NCBI GenBank assembly: GCA_963711105.1
Contig: CAVQCV010000003.1
Coordinates: 39,051 to 103,050 of the forward strand
DNA from: an uncultured Chloroflexia bacterium
Lineage (GTDB): Bacteria > Chloroflexota > Limnocylindria > Limnocylindrales > CSP1-4
DNA length: 64,000 nucleotides
Direction of reading: 5' to 3'
Shown: positions 9,210 through 18,957 of the stretch, one piece after another
Layout of the letters: the number at the start of each line of letters is the position of its first letter
Position numbering within the stretch: the stretch's first letter is position 1
The notes under the pieces: model-generated
Seen by the model: only the letters and a program-made list of their open reading frames with translations
What the model was told of the DNA's origin: nothing
The model's database searches: none
Made by a program: the position numbers and the translations under genes

Positions 9210-10636
9210 CGGCGCCGGCCGGGGTCGGGCGGCACCACCAGCAGCGAGCCTTCCAGGCCCGCTGCCACGGCCGCCGTGAACGACGGCCGCAGGATGTTGC
9301 CGGGCGCGCCGCTGTGACTCAAGACCAGCAACGAAGCGGGCGGGACCTGCCTGAAGAGGCGAACCGGATTGGACCGGACGACTCGCCCGGTGACATCGAC
9401 CATCCGGACCGAACCCTCGTCTCGGAGTCGTGTCACCGCGTCCCGGACCGCCGCCTCGTCGTCGTCGGTCACGAGGAAGCGAGGCGTGCTCGCCCCGAGC
9501 GCCTCGACCGGCAGGCCGTTGTGGGCGGCGAGATCGAGGGCGGCCCAGGCCGCTTCCCAGGCACCCTGACTCGCCCGAGCAGGGATGACCAGCTGTTCGT
9601 ATCGGGCCACTCCGGCGCTGAGGAGGCTCGGGACGCCGGTCTGGACGAGCCGACCCAGCAGGGAGACGGCCGATCTGAGGCCGCGGGCTCGCGGCACCAC
9701 CAGGCAGCCCAAGTGCTGGGACTCGCGCATGCGAACTAGATCCGAAAGGCCGACCTGCTCTCCGTCGCCCTCGGCGAACTCGACACCCGGGCCGCTTTCG
9801 CGTATGGCCTCCAGGCGTTCATCCAGCTGGGCCGTGGCCGCGGCGTCGAGGCGAGAACGCCGTGGATGGATGACCACCAGAGCATCGGCGGCCGTCAGTC
9901 GGAAGAAGGCCCTGGCCTCGGCGATCACGTCGTCGTGCTCGCGGCTCAGCGGCACACCGATGCGCCGGCCGAACGAGAGCGGGAATCGAGCCTGGCTCTC
10001 CGTGAACACCCGGACCATGTCGGCGTGGTTCGTGGCCGGGCCGACGACCGTGACACGGTCGCCCGCGTCCAGGATCGTCCCGCCGTGGGGGACCGTCACT
10101 TCGCCTTCGCGCAGCACGGCGGCGACCAGCCAGCCCTTGAGGCCCAGATCCTGGAGCTTGCGTCCTACCAGCTTCGAATCCGGCGCGAGCCGGAACTCGA
10201 TGGCTTCGGCCCGGCCGTCGGCGAAGGCGGCGGAAGCGACGCGGCGTGGCTCCAGGGTCAGCTCAACCTGCCGGGCAGCCAGGCGATCGGGCGCGATCGC
10301 GGTCACGCCCAGATGCGTCAGCTCCGCGATCCGAGCCGCCGACACTACCATCGCCACGACGTGCGGCACGCCTGCCGCCCGGGCCAGCCGGCACACTTCC
10401 AGGGCGATTTCGTCGTCCCGCAAAGCGACGATGACGGCATCCGCGCCCGCGAGGCCCGCGCGCTCCAGGGTTACGCGGCTCGAGCCGTCGCCGTGGATCG
10501 ATTGGATAGAGCGTCTGTCGGCCAGCGCGGCAAGGCGATCGGCCTCGACGTCGATCGCCGTGACGTTCCAGTGTTCGCCCAGGCGTTCGAGGACGGCCCG
10601 TCCGATGCCGCCGGCGCCGACGAGGATCGCGCGCAT
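9206..10636 (-). CDS. TrkA/RCK-domain K+ transport regulatory protein (tandem TrkA-N/TrkA-C)
   Basis: Rossmann motif RAILVGAGGIGRAV at the N-terminus and again mid-protein (RFLVTDDDEA...). Start at the ATG at 10636 (MRAILVG). Translationally coupled to the CPA2 gene. Confidence 0.75.
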   Translation of the reverse strand: MRAILVGAGGIGRAVLERLGEHWNVTAIDVEADRLAALADRRSIQSIHGDGSSRVTLERAGLAGADAVIVALRDDEIALEVCRLARAAGVPHVVAMVVSAARIAELTHLGVTAIAPDRLAARQVELTLEPRRVASAAFADGRAEAIEFRLAPDSKLVGRKLQDLGLKGWLVAAVLREGEVTVPHGGTILDAGDRVTVVGPATNHADMVRVFTESQARFPLSFGRRIGVPLSREHDDVIAEARAFFRLTAADALVVIHPRRSRLDAAATAQLDERLEAIRESGPGVEFAEGDGEQVGLSDLVRMRESQHLGCLVVPRARGLRSAVSLLGRLVQTGVPSLLSAGVARYEQLVIPARASQGAWEAAWAALDLAAHNGLPVEALGASTPRFLVTDDDEAAVRDAVTRLRDEGSVRMVDVTGRVVRSNPVRLFRQVPPASLLVLSHSGAPGNILRPSFTAAVAAGLEGSLLVVPPDPGRRR

Positions 10637-10789
10637 GGTCTCTCCGCGATGGCCCACGCGGCCTGCCCGCGCTGGGATCCTGGGCCAAGTCTAGGCTATC
10701 GCGACTGGCCCGAGAGCCCGGTCGGCATCCGGGCCCGCCGAACTCCGCCGCGGACGACGGTCCAGCAAGTGGCCCCCTACGCGCGCGCC

Positions 10790-11728
10790 TCAGCGTAGCG
10801 AGTCGGTGCCTGGATCGGGCGCCCGCTCAACCTCGTCGTTCTCGCGAATTCGTCGCGCCAGCTCACGGACGAGCTCGTCGCCGTCGTCGGTGAACTTGCG
10901 GGCGAACAGGATTTCTCCCGGCCCGTACTGGTCGTCGTCACGGAATCGGGGCCTGGATGCCAGGAAATCCAGGTGACGGTCGGTCAGGTTGGCCGGACTG
11001 CGACCGCCCCCGCTCCAATCCGCATACGTGAGATTCCGAACGATCCGCGGCCGGAACTCCGAGTTGCCCAGAACGGTCTGGAAGAACGACTCGTCGGGGT
11101 TCCTGGTGTGCTTGTGGAACTCGACGAACCCTGGGTTGCGGATCGCGAAGTCCGATACGTACTGGCAGGCGGCGCGAGACAGGGCCCACCACGTCGAGCC
11201 GCCGTAGGGCGCCAGGCCGCCGAAGCTGGTCCTGTAGTCTCGTTCGGTCGGCAACACTCGGGCCATCAGGAGCAGTCGCTGGACGGCCCGGATGGGTCGG
11301 GGAGTGCTCGGCCGGAGCCTGTATCCGGTCAGCCTCGACATCGGCTTGCCCATCGCGTCGGACATGGGCACGACATTGATGAACTCCTTGTCGGAGTTGC
11401 GCTCGAAGAAGCGTTCGATGTAGCCGGCCGATCGGACGGGATAGTCGGCGCCGCTCAACAGGACGAAACGGTCGAAGTTGGCCGGGTGCGCAAGCGCCTC
11501 TCGCGTCAATACGAGGATGGCCTCGACCTGCCGGAAGTCCCCCCAGTAGACGGAGACCCGCTTCGCCGTGAAGTGGACTCTGTCGCTCGAGGCGGCCGTG
11601 AAGTCCGACAGGCGCGCCTTCCTGTCGACGTGGACGAAGAAGTGCGCCGAATCCGTCCGCAGCGCCGAGATCAATCTCGACAAGTGCTCGGGGGTGTTGT
11701 GAGCCAGAATGAGATAGGCGGTATTCAT
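10790..11728 (-). CDS. Glycosyltransferase family 14 (core-2/I-branching enzyme-like)
   Basis: Branch-domain hallmarks: MNTAYLILAHNTPEHLSRLISAL, GADYPVRS, GGSTWWALSR. Confidence 0.7.
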   Translation of the reverse strand: MNTAYLILAHNTPEHLSRLISALRTDSAHFFVHVDRKARLSDFTAASSDRVHFTAKRVSVYWGDFRQVEAILVLTREALAHPANFDRFVLLSGADYPVRSAGYIERFFERNSDKEFINVVPMSDAMGKPMSRLTGYRLRPSTPRPIRAVQRLLLMARVLPTERDYRTSFGGLAPYGGSTWWALSRAACQYVSDFAIRNPGFVEFHKHTRNPDESFFQTVLGNSEFRPRIVRNLTYADWSGGGRSPANLTDRHLDFLASRPRFRDDDQYGPGEILFARKFTDDGDELVRELARRIRENDEVERAPDPGTDSLR

Positions 11729-11836
11729 CGGGCTCTTTTCGAGCGGCGGACGACGGACGCGCGAAAGATAGCAGCCCGGATGATGCCGGTGTAGTGCGAC
11801 TGGCCGGCTGCCCGCCGTTGGCCCGAGCGCGCCGGC

Positions 11837-12739
11837 TCAGTTCATGTTGAAGGTCTCGAAGAAGTGCTGGGGGTACATGGTGGCGCCGGGCTTGGCCATG
11901 ACTATGAGCATGTAGAAGCGCTGGTCGGCGACCCAGTACCTGGCGTATCCGTCCAGCGACATTTCCGTGAACTTGATCTCACGCGCCGGGCACGACTTGA
12001 AGGTCAAGTAGCGGGAGCCACTGATCTTGCCCCCGACAGCCGTGATGCCCTGATCGATGCTCTCGAGCAACGCGTTCGTGTCGCCATTCAATGCAGAGCT
12101 GGGCAGATCCATGGCGGCAGCCTCATAGACCGTTCCGCCGTCCAGCGACATGTACATCTTCAGGTTCAGGGACCCGTAGATCGTGTCCATCGACTGGCTC
12201 ATGGTCTGCGGGTCGCCGGATCCGGGGAACATGACGCTCCACGATCCATCCGGGCTGGTGAACTGATTCCACGAGCTCCGCGGCGATGCCTCGGCATCCG
12301 GCTGCCAGCTGTCCGCGCGGTTGAGCAGCAGGTACCCACCCACGACGGCAATTACCGCTACCAGGGCAAGGCCGACGAGGATCGGCAACTTGGATCGACG
12401 CGCGGGGGTCTGGACCCACGCCGGGCTCAGGTCGAGCCCGCAGTTCGCGCAGATTCGGTAGCCGGGGTACAGGGGCGCACCGCAACGCCAGCAATTGGTT
12501 GGCATGGCGCCCGGCGCGGGCGCCTGCGGAGCTGCGGGCATGCCCCACTGCGGCTCGCCCTGCGGAGCTGCGGGCATGCCCCACTGCGGCTCGCCCCGCG
12601 GAGCTGCGGGCATGCCCCACTGCGGCTCGCCCTGCGGCGCGGCCGGGGCCGGAAGCGGCGTCAGTTCAGACCCACAATTCCTGCAAGTCGACTCGTCGCC
12701 GGCGCGCGGTGTTCCGCACTTCGGGCACTGGCTGAGCAT
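11837..12739 (-). CDS. Membrane protein with two zinc-ribbon motifs and a 12-aa tandem repeat
   Basis: CPKCGT..CRNCG and CWRCG..CANCG zinc ribbons. Three copies of GEPQWGMPAAP(R/Q), then a TM helix (ILVGLALVAVIAVVGGYLLL) and an extracytoplasmic domain. Confidence 0.65.
   Translation of the reverse strand: MLSQCPKCGTPRAGDESTCRNCGSELTPLPAPAAPQGEPQWGMPAAPRGEPQWGMPAAPQGEPQWGMPAAPQAPAPGAMPTNCWRCGAPLYPGYRICANCGLDLSPAWVQTPARRSKLPILVGLALVAVIAVVGGYLLLNRADSWQPDAEASPRSSWNQFTSPDGSWSVMFPGSGDPQTMSQSMDTIYGSLNLKMYMSLDGGTVYEAAAMDLPSSALNGDTNALLESIDQGITAVGGKISGSRYLTFKSCPAREIKFTEMSLDGYARYWVADQRFYMLIVMAKPGATMYPQHFFETFNMN
12524..12640. repeat. 36-bp tandem repeat x3 (plus a partial copy) inside the zinc-ribbon gene
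   Basis: Unit ctgcggagctgcgggcatgccccactgcggctcgcc is repeated head-to-tail. It encodes the GEPQWGMPAAP repeats on the minus strand. Confidence 0.85.
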
Positions 12740-12990
12740 CCCGGTCTCCCTCTGCTCGTCCTGGCTGAGCCGGACGCCGATGACGGTGCGGCGACCGGAT
12801 ACAGGCGGGGGCGCAATCGCGCCCTGTTCCCCGCTCGAATTGTAGCCACGGCAAGTCGAACCGGAACCGCCAGGCGACGGGGCCGGAGAGGGCCCTGTCC
12901 TGCAAGGCGGTACGAAACGGTCCGATCGGCCTGGCCGTTCGCCCGGTGGCTAGCATCTGCCCCTGTCAAGCACTCAGCAAGGGGGCAACG

Positions 12991-13545
12991 ATGCGGCGCG
13001 TTACCACACTCCTGGTATGTCTTCTGGCCATCGCCATGGCCGGCTGTGGGAGCTCGAGCGGCACGGGGGGAACCGAAGGCAGCCCCGGCGCCGGCGGAAC
13101 GGAAACGCCCACCCAGGCCGCGATGTCCGATGCGGCCACGCAGGCTCCTGTGGGAGCGCTGCCCGACGCCTGCTCGCTGCTTACCAAGGACGAGATCTCG
13201 GGCGTCCTCGGCCACCCCGTCCAGGACGGCGTACCCAGCACGAGCAATTCCTGCAACTGGGAACGTACCGACGTGCACTTCGTCACCGCGGACCTTCACC
13301 TGCTTGCACTGCCCGGCACGCTGCCGTGCCAGACCGGCAGGAGCACCCCGATCGACGGGTTGGGCGTGGAAGCGGCGTGGACCTATACGGATGTTGCCAG
13401 CACCGGCCACGTGGTGGCTTGCCCCGGACGGCTTCAGGTCGAGCTCGTGCTGGTTGGCGACAACGCCACGCACACCATTCCTGAAGCGGAACTGCAGGAC
13501 AAGGCCACGCAGCTGATGAAGCTGGTGCTGCCACGGCTCCCGTAG
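12991..13545 (+). CDS. DUF3558-type lipoprotein
   Basis: Lipobox LAIAMAGC|GSS with a Gly/Thr-rich linker. The DPCSLLT-like motif ALPDACSLLTKDEISGVLG is typical of actinobacterial DUF3558 lipoproteins. Start at the ATG at 12991 after AAGGGGG. Confidence 0.6.
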   Translation: MRRVTTLLVCLLAIAMAGCGSSSGTGGTEGSPGAGGTETPTQAAMSDAATQAPVGALPDACSLLTKDEISGVLGHPVQDGVPSTSNSCNWERTDVHFVTADLHLLALPGTLPCQTGRSTPIDGLGVEAAWTYTDVASTGHVVACPGRLQVELVLVGDNATHTIPEAELQDKATQLMKLVLPRLP

Positions 13546-13687
13546 CCCGAGCCGATCGCGCCACCTGCTGGCCGCCGCTCAGGGCTCCGGCCAACCCGAT
13601 ACCGGTTTCGCCGGGTAGCCGGTTCGACTGCTCGTCCGCCGTGCCCTAGTTTTCAGGTCGTCCTAATCCATCGAGAGGCGACCCGAA

Positions 13688-14260
13688 GTGACCGCAACAG
13701 CAGACACCTACCCGGCCAGGCTGGCCGTCGACTATCCAGGTCAGCTGAGCCGGCTGACGACGTTCTTTCGACCGATCCTGATGATCCCGATCGGGATCGT
13801 CCTGGGCGCGCTGTCCTGCAGCATTGCCTTCGCGACCGGGCTGATGATCTTGTTCCGGCGGCGCTATCCGCGCTGGTGGTTCGACTTCTCCCGGGAACTG
13901 GCTCGCTTCGGTCTCCGCGTTGGGGCCTACGGTCTCCTGCTCACCGACATCTACCCGTCCACCGAGGACGAACAGTCGGTGCATGCCGAGATTGACTATC
14001 CGAACGCCCAGACCGACCTGAACCGCTGGCTGCCACTCTTCAAGTGGCTTCTGGCCATCCCGCACTACATCGCCCTCTTCTTCGTGGGCATCGTGGCGTT
14101 CTTCGCCCTCGTCGTGGCCTGGATCTCGATCCTGGTCACGGGACGCTACCCACTCGCGATCTTTGACTTCATCGTCGGGGTGATGCGCTGGGGCCTGCGG
14201 GTCAACGCCTACGTTGCCCTGCTGGTGACGGATCGCTACCCGCCGTTCAGCCTGGCCTGA
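13688..14260 (+). CDS. DUF4389-like membrane protein
   Basis: Duplicated motif RYPRWWFDFSRELARFGLRVGAYGLLLTDIYP / RYPLAIFDFIVGVMRWGLRVNAYVALLVTDRYP. GTG start at 13688. Confidence 0.65.
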   Translation: MTATADTYPARLAVDYPGQLSRLTTFFRPILMIPIGIVLGALSCSIAFATGLMILFRRRYPRWWFDFSRELARFGLRVGAYGLLLTDIYPSTEDEQSVHAEIDYPNAQTDLNRWLPLFKWLLAIPHYIALFFVGIVAFFALVVAWISILVTGRYPLAIFDFIVGVMRWGLRVNAYVALLVTDRYPPFSLA

Positions 14261-14287
14261 GCAACAATCTCACCAGACGGGGGTTCC

Positions 14288-14330
14288 GAGGCGAGGCCAC
14301 GTTGCGGCCTCGCCTCCTCCCGCGTTTTCG
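14288..14330 (+). terminator. Rho-independent terminator candidate after the DUF4389 gene
   Basis: Perfect 11-bp stem gaggcgaggcc / ggcctcgcctc (14288-14298 and 14306-14316), followed by ctcccgcgttttcgg. Confidence 0.5.
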
Positions 14331-14605
14331 GCGGGGCGTTGCGGGTGGTGCGCCCGCGCGGATACAAAGGCTAAGTACGACGGTCCGCCCGCAAGTACCC
14401 CTCGCGGTCCCCGACCAATGGCGGTACATTCCCCTCGGAGGTATGCGGGCCATGTGGCTGTTGTTTGCCGCGCCGCGGGCATCCAGCCCCGACGCGGAGG
14501 CTGTCCAGGACGGCGTTGACACCGTTTCGGGTGCCCGCCATCGTCGGTCGGTTGGCGCCATTGCCAAACGGCGAGACGAACGCGCTTTTGCGATGAGGTT
14601 GAGCC

Positions 14606-16507
14606 GTGAGCCTCCTCAAGCGCATCGAGCGCGCCCAGCAAGCCAATCAGCAGTCGCAGGGGGTTGCGACCCCGTATAGGCCGCCGCTTCCGGGGCAGGC
14701 GCCACCCACCGGCGGCCCGCCTGCCGCGCCGCCGTCTCCAGCCGCGCCGACCCAGGCGCCCCCAGCCGTTGGGGCGCGCCAGACCCTCGGAGCGGCTTCT
14801 CACGGTATGGTCTCGAACCGCGAGGACTATCTGAACAACGTCCGCCGGCGGTTGCTCGACCAGGTAATCGGCGCCCAATCGTTGACCACGGGCGAGGACT
14901 CGGCCGTTCGAGGCGGCGTTGAAGGCATAGTCGACCGCGTCCTCGAGACGAATGGCTTCGTGATCCGGCGCGATGAGCGACAGCGCCTGATCGACGACGT
15001 GATGTCGGAGATCCAGGGCTTCGGGCCGATCGAGCTGCTCCTCAACGACGAGACCATCACCGAGGTCATGGTCAACGGCCCCAACCAGGTCTACATCGAG
15101 CGCAAGGGCAAGCTCATCCTCACCAACGTCGTGTTCCGGGATGAAGAGCACGTGATGCATATCATCGACCGCATCATTGCCCCGCTCGGCCGGCGCATCG
15201 ACGAGTCCAGCCCGCGAGTGGACGCCCGTCTCCCCGACGGCTCGCGCGTCAACGCGATCATCGCGCCGCTGTCGCTCATCGGCCCGGTCATCACCATCCG
15301 CAAGTTCTCCACCAAGCCGTATACGGTCGAGGACCTCGTCCGGTTCGGGACTTCGACGGCCGAGATGTTCCAATTCCTGAAGGCCTGCGTCGAGGCTCGA
15401 CTCAACATCTTCGTATCCGGCGGCACCGGTTCGGGCAAGACAACGTTCCTCAACGTGCTGTCGTCGTTCATCCCCAACGACGAGCGGATCGTGACAATCG
15501 AAGACGCGGCCGAATTGCAGCTCCGTCAGGAGCATCTCATCACCCTCGAGTCGCGGCCGGCGAACCTCGAAGGCGAGGGCGAAATCACCATCCGCAACCT
15601 CTTGCGCAACGCCCTCCACATGCGCCCGGACCGCATCATCGTCGGCGAGTGCCGCGGCGGCGAGACGCTGGACATGCTCCAGGCCATGAACTCCGGCCAC
15701 GACGGTTCGCTGTCCACCGGCCATGCGAATGGCCCGCGCGACATGCTCGCCCGCCTCGAGACGATGGTGCTCATGGCCGGCTACGAGATGCCGCTGCGGT
15801 CCATCCGCGAGCAGATCACTTCAGCCGTGGACCTCATCGTCCATACCGCCCGCCTGAAGGACGGTTCCCGCAAGGTCGTCGACATCACCGAGGTCTACGG
15901 GATCGAGGACGACGAGATCCTGACCCAGGACATCTTCTCGTTCGAGCAGACGGGTCTCGTCGAAGGCAAGGTCCAGGGCGACCTCAAGCCGATGGGCATC
16001 CGACCGACATTCATGCGCAAGTTCAAGGAATACGGCATCGCGCTGCCGCCGGACGAATACGGCATCCCGCCCGAGGATCCGGCCAAGCCCACCCGCGCCC
16101 GGCCTGAGAAGGCAAGGTTCGCGGGTGGCGAGGGGGCTGCCCCCATCGATCCATCGCTGCTTCGCTCATCCTCCGGGAAGGCGACCAAAGCCGGCGGCAT
16201 GGTCTACGTGTCGTCCGTGGGCCCCATCGATCCGAAGACCGGGCTGCTCGCCCCCGGGGGCATCAAGGAGCAGACCCGTCAGTGCCTGGCGAACCTGGAG
16301 GCCACGCTCAGGAACGCGGGCAGCTCGCTCGACAAGATCGTCTGGGCCAACTGGTCGCTCCGCGATCCGTCTGAGTTCGATGCCTTCAACAAGGAATGGT
16401 TGAAGGTTTTCCCCATCGACACGCCCATCGGCCAGGGCACGACGATGCCACCGCTGCATCGCCGGGCCGGCTTCCGCATCTCCATCGGAGTCATTGCCCA
16501 GGAGTAG
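14606..16507 (+). CDS. CpaF/TadA-family secretion ATPase (type II/IV secretion NTPase) fused in frame to a C-terminal RidA/YjgF-like domain
   Basis: N-terminal [11 protein letters not shown] plus a Pro-rich spacer. Walker [13 protein letters not shown], Asp and His boxes ([23 protein letters not shown]). The C-terminal approximately 125 aa align to RidA: [17 protein letters not shown]...[33 protein letters not shown]...[10 protein letters not shown]. There is no stop and no in-frame ATG or GTG between the two domains. GTG start. Confidence 0.75.
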   Translation: MSLLKRIERAQQANQQSQGVATPYRPPLPGQAPPTGGPPAAPPSPAAPTQAPPAVGARQTLGAASHGMVSNREDYLNNVRRRLLDQVIGAQSLTTGEDSAVRGGVEGIVDRVLETNGFVIRRDERQRLIDDVMSEIQGFGPIELLLNDETITEVMVNGPNQVYIERKGKLILTNVVFRDEEHVMHIIDRIIAPLGRRIDESSPRVDARLPDGSRVNAIIAPLSLIGPVITIRKFSTKPYTVEDLVRFGTSTAEMFQFLKACVEARLNIFVSGGTGSGKTTFLNVLSSFIPNDERIVTIEDAAELQLRQEHLITLESRPANLEGEGEITIRNLLRNALHMRPDRIIVGECRGGETLDMLQAMNSGHDGSLSTGHANGPRDMLARLETMVLMAGYEMPLRSIREQITSAVDLIVHTARLKDGSRKVVDITEVYGIEDDEILTQDIFSFEQTGLVEGKVQGDLKPMGIRPTFMRKFKEYGIALPPDEYGIPPEDPAKPTRARPEKARFAGGEGAAPIDPSLLRSSSGKATKAGGMVYVSSVGPIDPKTGLLAPGGIKEQTRQCLANLEATLRNAGSSLDKIVWANWSLRDPSEFDAFNKEWLKVFPIDTPIGQGTTMPPLHRRAGFRISIGVIAQE

Positions 16508-16557
16508 GGTTGGTCGCGGGCCTGAGACGGCTTTCGACCCCTCGGCCTTCCGGGCGT

Positions 16558-18957
16558 CTACCAGTCGGCGGGAGCGTCCCCGACTGCGCCGGGCGTCTGC
16601 TCCAGTGCGGCCGGTGGGTACACCGGCGCGGGGGTCGGGGCCGCGGTCGGGGGCGTGGTCGCGAGCGGAGCTCCGACCATGAGCAAACCGTCCACCTTGA
16701 CGTACCTGGAGTTCCAGGTGTCCTTGTGGATGACTTTGCCGTTGGCGTCGGTCACGGTCCGGGTGCGGGAGGTGCTGAAGCCCGCCGTCGGATACTCGGC
16801 TCGGGCCGTCTTGCCCGGCGCCAGGGACGTGGTGTAGCTCTTCTTGTCGGTGGCCTTGACGACGTTGGCCTTGAACTCGGGGCTGAGCTCGAACTTCCGA
16901 CCCGTCGGCAGGCTCCACAGCTGGATCGTGATGTGGCTGGTCCGGCCCGTGGTGGCCCAGGATCGGATGATGATCGGGTTGTCCGTGTCGTTGGTCCAGC
17001 GCATGTTGTAGGTCGTATAGCCGTTGGAGAAGACGGTCGCGTCCAGGCCGACCGGGTAACGACTGATGTAGTAGGCATGGGCGTGGCGCTCGTCGATTTG
17101 CATGCCGGCTCGCATCGCGGCGTTGAACGCCGTCGTGGATGCGGAGCAGATCCCGCCGCCCATGGCGCCGGTGTGGTCGCTCTTGCCGTTCTTGATCACG
17201 CCGCCCAGGGTGTACCCGTGGGCTCTGTCGATGGGGCCGACCGCGTTCAGGAAATTGAAGTGGCCCCGGGCCGGCACGAGCTGGCCGTTTAGGAGCGCCG
17301 CAGGGACGCGGATGTTGGCTCCGTTGCCGTTGCTGATGTCCGGATAGAAGGTCGTCGTCCACTGTCCGATGACCTTGATGCCCTGGAGGCTGTCCAGAGT
17401 GACGCTCGGCGGGACGGCCTGGGAGGCGAGTGCTACGCCCCCGGCCGGGGCGGTGCCACTGCCCCGGGCCTCGAGATAGCCGGCCAAATCCTGGGCCGAC
17501 GCGGCTGCGTCGATCGTGGTGCCGGGTTTGCCGCCCTTGAGGCCGACGGGATTGCTCTGCGAATCCCAGATGACCGAGGGCTCGACCGGTTTGGTGGCGA
17601 CGGAGGCCGCGAGCGTTGAGACGTAGGTCTCGATCATGCCCTCGTCGAGCGTCGGACCGTAGCTCCCGTCGGGGAAGCGCTGGAAGACAATCCAGGTCCG
17701 CACCGTATCCGCGTCGACGGTGAAGGTCTTGAGCGGAGCGGGGCTTTTCGAGGCGGCCGCGGTGGCGGCCAGGGTGCTGGGGGTCGGGCTGGCAGAGGCC
17801 GCAATCGCCGCAAGCTGGGCCGCGGTCGGGTCCCAGCTCAAGGTCGTTTCGACCGCCATTCGTTCAGCTTTGGCGATGGCTGCCTGCGCGTCGGCATTCG
17901 TCACGTCGGCCTGCACGGTGATCAGCGCCGCTCCGACTTCGAAGCTGGAAGTCGCGTCGGGCTGGGCGAGGCGGTCGACGATTGCCCGCTCGATGGCCGT
18001 CTCGTCGATCATTCGGCCGTCCATCGCCGGCGAAACGCTGAACACGCCGCCGAGATTCGTGACGGCGGCATTCGCGGGATAGATCCGGGTCGAATCGAAG
18101 AGGGCTCGGACCTTGAGGGCGACGGCCTCGGGATCGACGCCGACGGACAGCGGGACGTCATACCTGTTGATCGCGGCCCGGCCGATGTTGACAGCGTCGT
18201 CGAGGGCGTTGCCGGTGTGGCCGACGGCCATGGCTTGATCGGCCATGAACGCGGCGTCGGGCACGCGACCGGCGTCGGCAAACGAAATCGTGGCCGTGCC
18301 GGTGGGCGTGGCGATGGTTACTGTGCCCTGGCCTACATAGGCGTAGTCGGCCTCGATCCGGGCCACGAGCTGGTCGCGGGTCAGGCCCGAGGCGTCCAGA
18401 GAGCCGACATGAACCCCAGGGGCAGTCTTGTCCGAGTAGGCACTGTCGACGACGAGGATGACTGCCACGAAGATGGCCAGGCATGCAGCCACGCCGAGGC
18501 CGAAGGCAATCAGCAGCCAGCCTGCGGCGCGGACGCGGCTGTGGCTCCTGGGCAGGGCGGGATCGACGGCCGAGGCCCGGCCGCGGTGGCGTCGGAGCGG
18601 CAGCGACGGGCGCGGAAACCGCGGCAGCGACAGCGAGTGGGGGAGATGCGGGCGGTGACGCAAGGAAGTACCGCGGGCACCCTCAACGGCTTCGGCGGCT
18701 TCGGCGGCTTCGGCGGCTTCGGCGGCTTCGGCGGCTTCGGCGGCTTCGGCGGCTTCGGCGGCTTCGGCGGCTCCGGGGACCACGGCCTCCGACGCGGCCG
18801 GTTCTTCGCTCGTCGAGGCGGGTGGGCTGCCGGTGGTTTTGGCGCCGGACCCCGCCAGTTCCGGCGCGTCCATGCCCCATGACTCCCGCCAGACCTTCTC
18901 TCCGCCGAACATCTGGTCTACCAGATCGATTTCTTCCCTCGACATCCCGCCGCTCAC
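16558..18957 (-). CDS. VanW-family protein with a cytoplasmic (AAE)n repeat tail and a single TM anchor
   Basis: VanW-domain motif GGGICSASTTAFNAAMRAGMQIDERHAHAYYISRYPVGLDATV. TM segment WLLIAFGLGVAACLAIFVAVILVV. The N-terminus has AEAAEAAEAAEA.... The precise start is uncertain. Confidence 0.7.
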   Translation of the reverse strand: MSGGMSREEIDLVDQMFGGEKVWRESWGMDAPELAGSGAKTTGSPPASTSEEPAASEAVVPGAAEAAEAAEAAEAAEAAEAAEAAEAAEAVEGARGTSLRHRPHLPHSLSLPRFPRPSLPLRRHRGRASAVDPALPRSHSRVRAAGWLLIAFGLGVAACLAIFVAVILVVDSAYSDKTAPGVHVGSLDASGLTRDQLVARIEADYAYVGQGTVTIATPTGTATISFADAGRVPDAAFMADQAMAVGHTGNALDDAVNIGRAAINRYDVPLSVGVDPEAVALKVRALFDSTRIYPANAAVTNLGGVFSVSPAMDGRMIDETAIERAIVDRLAQPDATSSFEVGAALITVQADVTNADAQAAIAKAERMAVETTLSWDPTAAQLAAIAASASPTPSTLAATAAASKSPAPLKTFTVDADTVRTWIVFQRFPDGSYGPTLDEGMIETYVSTLAASVATKPVEPSVIWDSQSNPVGLKGGKPGTTIDAAASAQDLAGYLEARGSGTAPAGGVALASQAVPPSVTLDSLQGIKVIGQWTTTFYPDISNGNGANIRVPAALLNGQLVPARGHFNFLNAVGPIDRAHGYTLGGVIKNGKSDHTGAMGGGICSASTTAFNAAMRAGMQIDERHAHAYYISRYPVGLDATVFSNGYTTYNMRWTNDTDNPIIIRSWATTGRTSHITIQLWSLPTGRKFELSPEFKANVVKATDKKSYTTSLAPGKTARAEYPTAGFSTSRTRTVTDANGKVIHKDTWNSRYVKVDGLLMVGAPLATTPPTAAPTPAPVYPPAALEQTPGAVGDAPADW
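18690..18761. repeat. 9-bp tandem repeat (cttcggcgg) x8 inside the VanW-family gene
   Basis: Perfect head-to-tail copies. Encodes (AAE)n on the minus strand. Confidence 0.9.

Noticed and set aside
10637-10789. c-di-AMP (ydaO) riboswitch upstream of the TrkA/CPA2 potassium genes
   Set aside because: There is no recognisable ydaO pseudo-symmetric core in either orientation. The spacer is only about 150 nt and GC-rich without the conserved ACGCC/GGGGA elements I recall.
14270-15724. 484-aa minus-strand ORF
   Set aside because: It is entirely antisense to the CpaF ATPase gene, which has unmistakable Walker and His-box motifs. Its product is Arg/Gly/Asp-rich with no motifs. This is a typical high-GC shadow ORF.
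16166-17362. 398-aa minus ORF and 298-aa plus ORF 16396..17292
   Set aside because: They overlap the VanW-family gene in other frames. The products are Arg/Gly-rich. The VanW frame has the family's Cys-containing motif.
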